From: a virus | Direction: 5' to 3' (one strand) | Length of the DNA: 64,000 nt | IMG/VR virus record: IMGVR_UViG_3300021138_001972 | Span: 1 to 64,000 of that record | Part shown: piece after piece, positions 37,858 through 46,470 of the stretch | Numbering within the stretch: the stretch's first letter is position 1 | Layout: every line of letters begins with the position of its first letter | The notes under the pieces: model-generated | What the model saw: the letters and a program-made list of their open reading frames with translations, nothing else | What the model was told of the DNA's origin: nothing | Database searches by the model: none | Made by a program: the position numbers and the translations under genes

Positions 37858-40381
37858 GGTTTTTCCAATCTTCTTCGGTCCATTCGAGTACGTTTGCTAG
37901 TGTAGGCAACACGCTGTTCCAATATTGGCTTGGTTTAACATGATCACGCTGCCGCCGCAGATGCCAATCGTAAAACAGCCATTCGCGAAGCTTGTAGATG
38001 CCTTCTTCTTTGGGCAACACATCACTATCGCGCAATGCACGCAAGCAATGGGCTAAACCATCTCGATAGTCGCAGGTGTGCTGCGGCCAATCATGCTCGT
38101 TGAAACGCTGGTCTAAGACATCAGCTGCTGCTAATCTCGCTGCTAGTGGCAATGTAGTGAGCCTCTGATAGCTAGGACTCTCTAATATGATTGGAAACCA
38201 TATGACTTTACGACCATGCAGATTGACCGTATTGATCACCCATTCGATGAATGGTTCTAACTCCAAGCAATTAAAGGCGCTGATCACGGTATATATTTTG
38301 ATGTTGCTTGCAGCTGACATAGTAAGATATCTCTGCACATTAGCAGTGATCTCATGCCAGTGGCTGCCTTGCCGTATGAAATCATTGGCAGCACCATGTG
38401 CATCTATGCTTAGCTGTATCTCTGTGTTAGAGAATTGGCCTAGCTTATCTATCAGCTTTTGATTCCATAGCGTGCAGTTAGTAGTGAAGCTCACATGGCA
38501 ATCATGGTTACCTGCTGTTAGCAGAGCATCCAGATATCGCGGTATGTTGGCATCCATGGTAGGTTCGCCGCCTGTGATGTACAAGCGTTTCAATCCAGCA
38601 GCAAGCTTTCCAAAGCTTTCAAAGCTATGTTGTTCTTGAGCATATCCGTTCGATTCCGTGCCAACATGATCTAGCTCCTCATTCCAACTTTCTGCTAACC
38701 AACCAGGTAGTGCCAGGTGCTGTGGATCATTCTCAGGCAGATTGGCCCATCCAAGGCTCAGCTTTCGCTGTTCTGCAATGAGATTGCTGCTGCCACTCCA
38801 GCAGGTCTTGCACTGCAGATTGCACCTAGTGCTGGTACGCAGTTCGAAGCTAACGGGCAAGCTGGCTACAGTATCTAACCTGCTGCTGTCCTGTGCGAAT
38901 GCAACATTAGCAGTCAATCTGGGACTGCTGTTGTTGAGCTGTTCTTGCCTGTAGCATACCTGGCAATCTCGCACTGGTTTGCCCTGCAACATCTGCGATC
39001 TGACCTGCTGCAGGTATTCGCCGTTCCATATCTGTTCTAGATCGTCTCGCGACCAGTCGGCAGGCCTTTCTCCGATGGTCACATGTTGATTATCAGAGAT
39101 ATTGCAGCAAAGCTTGACGCGACCCTGAGGTGTGGTGTTGATGTTTACCCAGGGCAATCGGCACATTGTAGCTGTGTCATTTGCAGTATTCATCAGGGTT
39201 AGTTCAGGGAATGTGTCCCAGAAGGATTCTTTCCTCAGCTGATCAAGTTTGGAGGTATCATTGTAGAAATCCTTGAGATGATGGCTGTCGTCACTGCTGT
39301 CCATGACGTTCACTATGCTCTGCCAGGCCGCCAAGCTGTCCTGCTTGGCCTGTAGCGATCGCAGCCAGTCCGTGTGCTGATGCAACCGCGATCTCGCTGC
39401 GTCCTTGAGCACTGCAGGCAGTGCCTTGACGCTGCTGTGTTCTGGATGATCGAGGATGTTTATGCGCACGTTGTCTGGTTCCAGCAGCCCTAGCTCTACC
39501 CATTCGCGGTGGAAGTCTGGCAGATGCAGCACGTTCATCAGGCTCACTGTTGGCGTGATATGGAACTGTACCTGCGGGATCTCCCTGATCATGCGCTCTC
39601 GATTGGCTACCACGTCTGCCCACACCATGTTCTTGCGCAGATACTCGCCGCGAGCATGGCTAGCATCCAAGCTGGCAGCAACGTGTATGTTGGGAAAATG
39701 CCGCCACAGCTCAAAGAGGTCTCGCTGCTTGTAGTCTAACACTGTGAAGTTAGTGGTATAGCGTATCCTCACCTGGGTATGGCCTGTGGCTATCCAGTGA
39801 TCCAATATGTGATAGTGTTCTTCAGTGAGCAGGCTCTCGCCACCCGCGAAGTAGACTTCTTCGGTCTGGTCTAGATAGGGTAACAGCTGCGCCCAAAACT
39901 CTCCGCTGCGGTTGATGTTTATGATGCGCGGCTGATCGTATGTGGGTTGCTGCGCCACAGCATCATCATACCATCCGCTGCTCAGCTCAGGGCCACAGGT
40001 CCTGCAGCGCAGGTTGCAGATGTTGCTGAACCGCACGTCAAGGTATGCCATGTTTACCTCAGGCACCGTACCATCTGCCAGCGTGGATGACACGCTGCGG
40101 TGATGATGCGAATAGTCAGCTAAGCTCTGCTGTCTCAGAGTTTGGACACCTGCTGTTTCCAGCTCATAGCAGCGAGCACAGGCAGTGCTGGGTTGATCTG
40201 CAAGCATGTTGCGCCTTAGCTCTCGCATGGGCGCAGCGTTCCAGATCTCTGAGATGCTGGTTTGATTGGTGTTACCCAGTGCGTATCTGCTGTCGCTGAC
40301 ACAGCAGGGATAGGCGTTGCCGTTTGGCCAGAAATGCATGTGTACCCAGGGCAACATGCAGAACACGCCATTGTTGCTCAT
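37850..40381 (-). CDS. Tandem double radical SAM protein
   Basis: Two complete units, CNLRCRTC/AGGE and CNLQCKTC/TGGEP, each preceded by a C.LPW..CC domain. Confidence 0.9.
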   Translation of the reverse strand: MSNNGVFCMLPWVHMHFWPNGNAYPCCVSDSRYALGNTNQTSISEIWNAAPMRELRRNMLADQPSTACARCYELETAGVQTLRQQSLADYSHHHRSVSSTLADGTVPEVNMAYLDVRFSNICNLRCRTCGPELSSGWYDDAVAQQPTYDQPRIININRSGEFWAQLLPYLDQTEEVYFAGGESLLTEEHYHILDHWIATGHTQVRIRYTTNFTVLDYKQRDLFELWRHFPNIHVAASLDASHARGEYLRKNMVWADVVANRERMIREIPQVQFHITPTVSLMNVLHLPDFHREWVELGLLEPDNVRINILDHPEHSSVKALPAVLKDAARSRLHQHTDWLRSLQAKQDSLAAWQSIVNVMDSSDDSHHLKDFYNDTSKLDQLRKESFWDTFPELTLMNTANDTATMCRLPWVNINTTPQGRVKLCCNISDNQHVTIGERPADWSRDDLEQIWNGEYLQQVRSQMLQGKPVRDCQVCYRQEQLNNSSPRLTANVAFAQDSSRLDTVASLPVSFELRTSTRCNLQCKTCWSGSSNLIAEQRKLSLGWANLPENDPQHLALPGWLAESWNEELDHVGTESNGYAQEQHSFESFGKLAAGLKRLYITGGEPTMDANIPRYLDALLTAGNHDCHVSFTTNCTLWNQKLIDKLGQFSNTEIQLSIDAHGAANDFIRQGSHWHEITANVQRYLTMSAASNIKIYTVISAFNCLELEPFIEWVINTVNLHGRKVIWFPIILESPSYQRLTTLPLAARLAAADVLDQRFNEHDWPQHTCDYRDGLAHCLRALRDSDVLPKEEGIYKLREWLFYDWHLRRQRDHVKPSQYWNSVLPTLANVLEWTEEDWKNHG

Positions 40382-41751
40382 AACAGCGCACAGGCCTCAT
40401 AGAACGCAACTAATTCTGGGAAGGTTGCACGGAAATCAGTGCTGCGCCTGCGATCATACTCGGTGAACCAAGCGTGGAAATCCCGCCGTCCTTCCAGCAG
40501 CTTTTCAGCACTGTATTCAGTGGTTTCCATGTACTTGACCACTCGCCGGAACTTGTCCACTTCCAAGCTGCCAAATGCCTGCTTGTCCTCGTCTGCTTCG
40601 TGTGCTTCCATGAATGACAGCGCTACTCGCATTGCGGGCATGAATTCTGCCTTGGGCAATATGTTGATGTCATACTGCAGAGGTTCTCTGAGATAGGGCG
40701 TGTCAAACCTGACATTGCGTATCTTGGGCCGGGGATCATCTGTGGGAGCATAACGCGCACGCCATTCCAGCAGCTTGGCCAACAGTGACTGGAAGCGGGG
40801 CACGCTCAGCGCATTGAAGGTTATCATGAAGCTGACGATCTGCCCGCTTAATCTCATGTAGGTGTCTAGGTTCTGCTCCCAGATCGTGAGATCTAATCCA
40901 GTACGTATGTATTCTGCCTGTGGGCCCCAGGTGTCTAAACTGGTAAACAAGCTGAAACTCTTGATACACTTGCGATCAATCAGCTCGCGCACCTTGCGGC
41001 TCATGCGCTCCACTAGTATGGGTTTTACACCAAGGTTGCTGTTGATGTTGAGCTCCAAGTTGGGCATGGGATTCTCTAATAGATCGTCTAGCAGTTTCCA
41101 TGTGCTCTTGTGCAGCAGAGGTTCGCCGCCTGTGACACGCATGATGTTAACTGTGTCGCGGATCTGCGGCCACCACTGCCACCAGGCATCCACGAACGGA
41201 TTGGCATCTTCCTCGTAGATGGTCATCCAATCTATGTCGCAGCGATGGTTCTTGACTTTTAGATAAGGACCATGATCTCTGATCTCGTTGTAGAACTTGC
41301 TGCTGCTCTTGGGATGGCAATAACCACATTTGAAGTTGCACTCATTGCCAAAGCTGATCTCGATGTATTCTGGCTTGACGTCAAAGCTAGCACCGCGCTG
41401 CTTGATCTCTTCCAAGCGTTCTGGACGATAGATGGTGCTGTTGCGTATGTGCCTATCGCTGACATAATCCTTGCCCATGTCCTCGATCTTCCAGCAGTAG
41501 TTGCAACCGTCTGGCTTACCACCTGCCATCATCTGCCTGCGCTCGCTCTTCTTCTGCGCAGTGTTGTGCAGTGCAGATGGGTTCATGCCTATACGCTTGA
41601 TATCTATAGCATGCGGCGCCGGATGATAACAGCTGTGTGTCTCACCAGTATGTAGATATATTGTGGTATGATGCCACTTGGCCATGCAGAAAGTTGGACT
41701 GATTGCGTCCATTAATGGTGCTAGCTCATCTATGCGCTGTCTGTCTGCCAT
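40378..41751 (-). CDS. Radical SAM protein
   Basis: FCMAKW..SC..CNYC; CNFKCGYC; TGGEP. Confidence 0.9.
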   Translation of the reverse strand: MADRQRIDELAPLMDAISPTFCMAKWHHTTIYLHTGETHSCYHPAPHAIDIKRIGMNPSALHNTAQKKSERRQMMAGGKPDGCNYCWKIEDMGKDYVSDRHIRNSTIYRPERLEEIKQRGASFDVKPEYIEISFGNECNFKCGYCHPKSSSKFYNEIRDHGPYLKVKNHRCDIDWMTIYEEDANPFVDAWWQWWPQIRDTVNIMRVTGGEPLLHKSTWKLLDDLLENPMPNLELNINSNLGVKPILVERMSRKVRELIDRKCIKSFSLFTSLDTWGPQAEYIRTGLDLTIWEQNLDTYMRLSGQIVSFMITFNALSVPRFQSLLAKLLEWRARYAPTDDPRPKIRNVRFDTPYLREPLQYDINILPKAEFMPAMRVALSFMEAHEADEDKQAFGSLEVDKFRRVVKYMETTEYSAEKLLEGRRDFHAWFTEYDRRRSTDFRATFPELVAFYEACALL

Positions 41752-41869
41752 GCTATATTATATAACGTCGATCACAGATATCGCTACCTAAGATTATTTC
41801 TCGGATACACTTGAAAGTCGCGACCTGCGCACACATATATATTAATGAAAACCAGCGTGGGAGCATTCA

Positions 41870-42028
41870 ATGACGGACGGTGTAAAACCCAAGACCACCA
41901 TCATATTACCCAAGATAACCAAGCCAGATCCCAAGAATTTACGTAACGATTTCAAAAACTCGCCCAAGCAAAATCGCTATAAAGCACCCAAGAACACCAT
42001 CCGCAAAGCAGGACCCAGAGGGGGCTGA
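41870..42028 (+). CDS. 52-aa Lys/Pro-rich basic peptide (not in ORF track)
   Basis: GGGAG SD; MTDGVKPKTTIILPKITKPDPKNLRNDFKNSPKQNRYKAPKNTIRKAGPRGG. Confidence 0.6.
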   Translation: MTDGVKPKTTIILPKITKPDPKNLRNDFKNSPKQNRYKAPKNTIRKAGPRGG

Positions 42029-42041
42029 ACCAAAATTCCAC

Positions 42042-42070
42042 TTGACAGCACTAGATCCACGTGCTAGTTT
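42042..42070 (+). promoter_or_regulatory. Sigma70-type promoter TTGACA-17-TAGTTT (TGCTAGTTT)
   Basis: Upstream of the phage rpoD; the TTG called as start in the ORF track is the -35 box. Confidence 0.7.
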
Positions 42071-42131
42071 ACCGCTAGCTGAGGTATATCACATCAGGTT
42101 TGGTATGAGTATGACAAGGGACAACACACAT

Positions 42132-43613
42132 ATGGCAAAAGCAACAACCAAAGCAAAAGCTCCAAAAGACACCAAGGTCAAGGTCACTGCAGACAGTGGA
42201 TCGCAGGATCCTGTACGCTTGTATCTCAGGGAAGTGGGCAAGACTCCACTGCTGAACCATGCCAAAGAGATTGAGATCAGCAAAAGCATCGAGAGCAGCA
42301 AGCAGACCATCATGGACACGCTGTTTGCAGTGCCCATGACTGTGCAGACCATCGATGCTTGGATTGGAGAGATCCAACGGGGCGATAAAGCAGTTGACAC
42401 TGTGTTTGATCTGGAAGGCGACGAGGATGGCAATCTCAGCAGCGAGCTGGATGCACAGCTATCACATGTGCGAGAATTGTGTGCACAGTATCTGTCAGAC
42501 ACCAGCAAGAAAGCAGCCAAGGACGAACTGATTGCTGCTTTTAATGAACTGCATCTGCTGCCCGCCAGCATTGGTACCATCATGGAACGGCTACAAGAGA
42601 CCAACAGGCGATTGTTGGAAGGCGACGGCGCTCTCATGCGCTTGGCCATGGACGCAGGAGTTGACCGCAGCGAGTTCCTGGACAAGTATGTGGGACATGA
42701 GCATATGTCGTGGCTGCAAGGTACCAAAGGCAAGGGCTGGGACAAGCTTAAACACAAAGCCAACGAGATTGGCAACTGGGTTGGCATGATGCAGGAACAG
42801 GCTGATTCAGCTGGACTGCCGGTGGGCGAGCTGCGCACAGCTGTGCGTGTGTTGCGCCATCAGAGCAAGGTCAAGGATGAAGCCATAGCTGCTATGACCA
42901 AGGCCAATCTGCGCTTGGTGATCTCAGTGGCCAAGAAGTATAACCAAAACAGCAATAACGGCGGGCAGCTGCTGGATCTGATCCAAGAGGGCAACATTGG
43001 CCTGCTCAAAGCAGTGGAGAAGTTCAAGTGGCAGCTGGGCTATCGTTTCTCTACCTATGCCACCTGGTGGATCAGACAGGCCATCATCAAGGCAGCCACA
43101 GAATCCAACAGAACAATCAGAATCCCGTCGCATGTGTTGGACACGCTCAAGAAGATACAGAAGGCCACCAAGGAGCATGTGTTCGTCACTGGGCATGAGC
43201 CCAGCGTGGAAGAGCTAGCCAAGATGCTGAGCTGTGATGTGGACAAGATCAATCGCACGCTGCGAGTGGCCAAGGATCCCATCTCCCTGGAGACGCCCGT
43301 GGGTGACGAGGAAGAAGGCAAGCTAGGCAATCTCATCGAAGACACTGAAAGCGAGAATGCCTTTGAACAGATTGCCAAGGCAGAGATCACTGAGGTCATA
43401 GGTGATGTGCTGGAAGGGCTGAGCAGCAGAGAAGAGCGTGTGCTGCGCATGCGCTTTGGCATTGGCACCATGCGAGAGTACACCCTGGAAGAGATCGGCA
43501 ATCGCTTCAATGTCACTCGCGAGCGCGTGCGGCAGATCGAAAACAAGGCATTGGAGAGATTGAAGAATCCTCAGCGGGCTCGCGACCTGCTCAGTGCTAT
43601 CACCGACCAATGA
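42132..43613 (+). CDS. rpoD: Group 1-like RNA polymerase sigma factor lacking region 1.1
   Basis: DPVRLYLRE (1.2), non-conserved region, ANLRLVISVAKKY, DLIQEGNIGL, FSTYATWWIRQAI, TLEEIG..FNVTRERVRQIE. Confidence 0.93.
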   Translation: MAKATTKAKAPKDTKVKVTADSGSQDPVRLYLREVGKTPLLNHAKEIEISKSIESSKQTIMDTLFAVPMTVQTIDAWIGEIQRGDKAVDTVFDLEGDEDGNLSSELDAQLSHVRELCAQYLSDTSKKAAKDELIAAFNELHLLPASIGTIMERLQETNRRLLEGDGALMRLAMDAGVDRSEFLDKYVGHEHMSWLQGTKGKGWDKLKHKANEIGNWVGMMQEQADSAGLPVGELRTAVRVLRHQSKVKDEAIAAMTKANLRLVISVAKKYNQNSNNGGQLLDLIQEGNIGLLKAVEKFKWQLGYRFSTYATWWIRQAIIKAATESNRTIRIPSHVLDTLKKIQKATKEHVFVTGHEPSVEELAKMLSCDVDKINRTLRVAKDPISLETPVGDEEEGKLGNLIEDTESENAFEQIAKAEITEVIGDVLEGLSSREERVLRMRFGIGTMREYTLEEIGNRFNVTRERVRQIENKALERLKNPQRARDLLSAITDQ

Positions 43614-44125
43614 CGGGAGCAAGTGACATGGAACATGCGGCAGCTGAACGCTATCTCATTGAGTGGATAGTCAAGGATCTCAGCCTGCCGCATGAGCAGT
43701 TGGCTGGGCTCAGCAAGTGTCCATTCGCACGCAAGGCACATCTTGATGGCAAGGTTGAGTTCATCACAGTTCTTGGCGATGCGCTATCGGTGATCATGGC
43801 AGCTGCTGATGCCTGGGATGACAGCAGAGATGTCGTGGTGTTCATCATGCCAGACAGCATGCCATCCAGCGCATTATGGGCTTTGATGGATGCGCTGAAC
43901 CAGGAATACATGCCGCGCGATCTAGTGGTCTTAGATGATCACAAGGCAGAGCCAGAACAGCAGCTGGGTCTCAGTTTCAACAATGGCAGGTACAATCTGT
44001 TGATGATGCAGAGATTGAGCAAATTGGATCTAGCCAGCAGGAAGCTGAAGATGCTGGGCTACTACAAAAACTGGACCAAAGAGTACCTTGACCAGGTGGT
44101 AACTTGGAGATCAAGCAGGGCCTAG
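43610..44125 (+). CDS. Hypothetical protein (DUF1415-like CPFA motif)
   Basis: KCPFARKA; coupled to the rpoD stop. Confidence 0.6.
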   Translation: MTGASDMEHAAAERYLIEWIVKDLSLPHEQLAGLSKCPFARKAHLDGKVEFITVLGDALSVIMAAADAWDDSRDVVVFIMPDSMPSSALWALMDALNQEYMPRDLVVLDDHKAEPEQQLGLSFNNGRYNLLMMQRLSKLDLASRKLKMLGYYKNWTKEYLDQVVTWRSSRA

Positions 44126-44533
44126 CAGCTCAAACCCTGCTATCTTGCTCTTGTACTCATCCGCATCGCCTAGATAGAGATAGCTGTAGCCCAGTGATTT
44201 ATAATAGGCACATTCATGCTCTAGGCTGCGTATGCCCAAGCGTAGTTTTGGTTCTGCATAGTCCCAGGCAAACTGTATGGCTTCCACGTTGCGATCATCA
44301 TATCTGCGCAGCAAGCTGAATGCTATCACAGATTGCTGATTGTAATACACTATCACGTCGTTACGGGCATCTGTGTATTCGCTATCAAAGATGGGCATCA
44401 CGCTGCGAAACTTCTTGTGTTTGCAGTATTGAACATAGATCTGCTGCAGCTGATCTATGTTTGGATCATTGACGAGCTTGGCATTGGGTCTCAGCTGGTA
44501 ATCTGTGTGACACAGGTTTATTCGAGCGTACAT
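44111..44533 (-). CDS. Arginyl/leucyl-tRNA-protein transferase C-terminal domain-like protein
   Basis: FAWDY..P.LRLG..SL.HE....K..GY.YLYLG resembles the ATE/Bpt C-terminal domain. Confidence 0.65.
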   Translation of the reverse strand: MYARINLCHTDYQLRPNAKLVNDPNIDQLQQIYVQYCKHKKFRSVMPIFDSEYTDARNDVIVYYNQQSVIAFSLLRRYDDRNVEAIQFAWDYAEPKLRLGIRSLEHECAYYKSLGYSYLYLGDADEYKSKIAGFELLGPA

Positions 44534-45774
44534 CAGTAGCCGTTGTCAAATACCGGTCCTTGCCTGTCAGGAAAATAATCTTCCTGCGTGCCCTCCCGAT
44601 TGAGATCCAGCGTGATGCAGTGCAGCCCACCGTCCCAGAACCATCGGTGGCGCCAAGGCACTATGATGGGCTCTATGTTATGCTTCTTGAAGAACTGAAA
44701 TGCAGTCTCGTTGTAGTTGCTCACGCACACATGTCTTTCGTCCAACATCAACACATTAACGTCAAACACAGATTCCTCTGCATAGCCAACCCAGTCCTGA
44801 AGCCAAGTTTCCACGAATTCTGTGAATTCGTCATTGTCTTCTTCTCCTGGTACCCACCATTTGCCCTGCACCTTGCGCTTCATCTTGAGGAATCCGCGCA
44901 TCTTGTTCCAGCTTTGGTTTTCCAAATAGCAAACGTCCCAGCCAGGGAAGGTCTCTGCGTAGTTCTGTATTTCTCTGAGGCTGATGATGGCGCCAGGTTT
45001 GAGAGTGTGAAATACGCCATCGTTATGCCCACCAATGGTCAGACCATTTATGCGCACATCGCTGTGTGAGTTTATCAGATCGGTTTGCAGCGTATCCAAC
45101 GGCGGCCTGGTATAATCTAGCATGTAATCTATGTAAAGGTCCCTACCAACCAGAGTCATGCTGGCAGCATCTATGGATGGCCTAAGCGTGTTGTGGTGTC
45201 TGAGGATGTCAGCTGCGATCTGTGCATCAACGGTGTTAAAATAATCTGGTTTGACATAATCTTCATAGTTACCCCAGCCCTGACCTGCTATCTCATGCCA
45301 TAGCCATCTAGGAATGCTACGGGTTCTGCGTTTGATATCTTCGCTGCTATTTGCTATGCCTATCACCAGATTCACATACGAATCTATGTGGCTCTCATAT
45401 CTGTAGAGTTCCTGCATGATTGAACCATGATCGGTGTTGGTCATGTAAAGCTTATCTCCGATCACCAGCTGAGTATCTCTGGGTTGCAACGGTGCGCGAG
45501 GTACACCCTGACCTCCGTTTATCTGGCCGCGGGCGTTAATATTATCCATTATGCTGATGTGCGGGTTCAATCTGGGACGCAGAACCGTAGCACCATAATC
45601 TTTGAGCACTTTTTGGAAACCTTCTAGGTCTTCTTGTGTGTCGTCGGCTATGCGTTGCAAGGCTGACCGTATCCGTGTATTCTTGATATCTTTGAAAAAG
45701 CTGCTGCTGTAACATTCACCTAATAGCACCACTTTCAACGGATGCCACTTGCACCAAACATTGTATCCAGACAT
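44533..45774 (-). CDS. Amidinotransferase (glycine amidinotransferase-like, pentein fold)
   Basis: WHPLKVVLLG, PRD, GHNDG, FDVNVL, DGGLHCITLD (catalytic Cys). Confidence 0.88.
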   Translation of the reverse strand: MSGYNVWCKWHPLKVVLLGECYSSSFFKDIKNTRIRSALQRIADDTQEDLEGFQKVLKDYGATVLRPRLNPHISIMDNINARGQINGGQGVPRAPLQPRDTQLVIGDKLYMTNTDHGSIMQELYRYESHIDSYVNLVIGIANSSEDIKRRTRSIPRWLWHEIAGQGWGNYEDYVKPDYFNTVDAQIAADILRHHNTLRPSIDAASMTLVGRDLYIDYMLDYTRPPLDTLQTDLINSHSDVRINGLTIGGHNDGVFHTLKPGAIISLREIQNYAETFPGWDVCYLENQSWNKMRGFLKMKRKVQGKWWVPGEEDNDEFTEFVETWLQDWVGYAEESVFDVNVLMLDERHVCVSNYNETAFQFFKKHNIEPIIVPWRHRWFWDGGLHCITLDLNREGTQEDYFPDRQGPVFDNGY

Positions 45775-45854
45775 TGTCGCACTCCACAGTTGATTGAGTA
45801 ATTATGTGTCGCGGAACTGGCAGAATCTATCTATGACTATCTGCGAGAGTGTCT

Positions 45855-46394
45855 TTATGCACCACTCAAACGGTGATTTATCACATCCCAGTCCACGCAG
45901 CGCCAGATCTTGCTGAGGAATGCATCCTTATCCCATTCATAATCCAACGCATAGGTATGTTCCCAGAAGTCTATAGCAATCAGGATGTCGCGCCGTATCT
46001 TGTGGTTTGGTATGGTCTTGATCTCGCCGCGCTTGCTGAGGTATACCCAACCAGATCCCTGTATGCTTTTGGCAGCCTTGGCTATCTCCAGCTTGAAGTT
46101 ATCGTAGCTGCGGAAGTTATCTTCTATCAGCTTGAGCGCAGCACCCACGGGACGGTTAGGTACCTTGGGTGTTCGGAACTGAGCCCAAAATATGGCATGC
46201 AGGAAAGCACCAGCTTCGTTGAAATCCGGATCGCCCTCGCCAGAATTAAACCTATCCACATAGCCTTTGGTGAGGTGATCATAGTGATATATCACGGTGG
46301 CTTTGCTCATCACTGGTTCCAGCGCATCGCGAGCATATGGCAAGGGTTCAAGGGTTAGTTTTTCTTTGGTTTCGTTGAGCTGGGTGAGTTTCAT
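45855..46394 (-). CDS. sod: Fe/Mn superoxide dismutase with an N-terminal Glu-ending leader
   Basis: LPYARDALEP, YHYDH, FLHAIFW, GSGW, DFWEHTY; start ATG 46394 lies 5 nt after TAAATA. Confidence 0.9.
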   Translation of the reverse strand: MKLTQLNETKEKLTLEPLPYARDALEPVMSKATVIYHYDHLTKGYVDRFNSGEGDPDFNEAGAFLHAIFWAQFRTPKVPNRPVGAALKLIEDNFRSYDNFKLEIAKAAKSIQGSGWVYLSKRGEIKTIPNHKIRRDILIAIDFWEHTYALDYEWDKDAFLSKIWRCVDWDVINHRLSGA

Positions 46395-46470
46395 GCGGAT
46401 ATTTATCGCAGAGATTTCGCTTGTGCTCTGCGAAATCTGTGCTAATATAACAGGGTAATCGGAGAGAAAC

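Noticed and set aside
42042-42131. N-terminal extension of RpoD from TTG 42042
   Set aside because: That TTG is the -35 hexamer of a promoter; ATG 42132 is the more plausible start.
25402-45774. Saxitoxin-like toxin cluster (amidinotransferase, carbamoyltransferase, SxtK-like peptide)
   Set aside because: There is no SxtA-like PKS or other core gene; these families are widespread and the genes are not contiguous.
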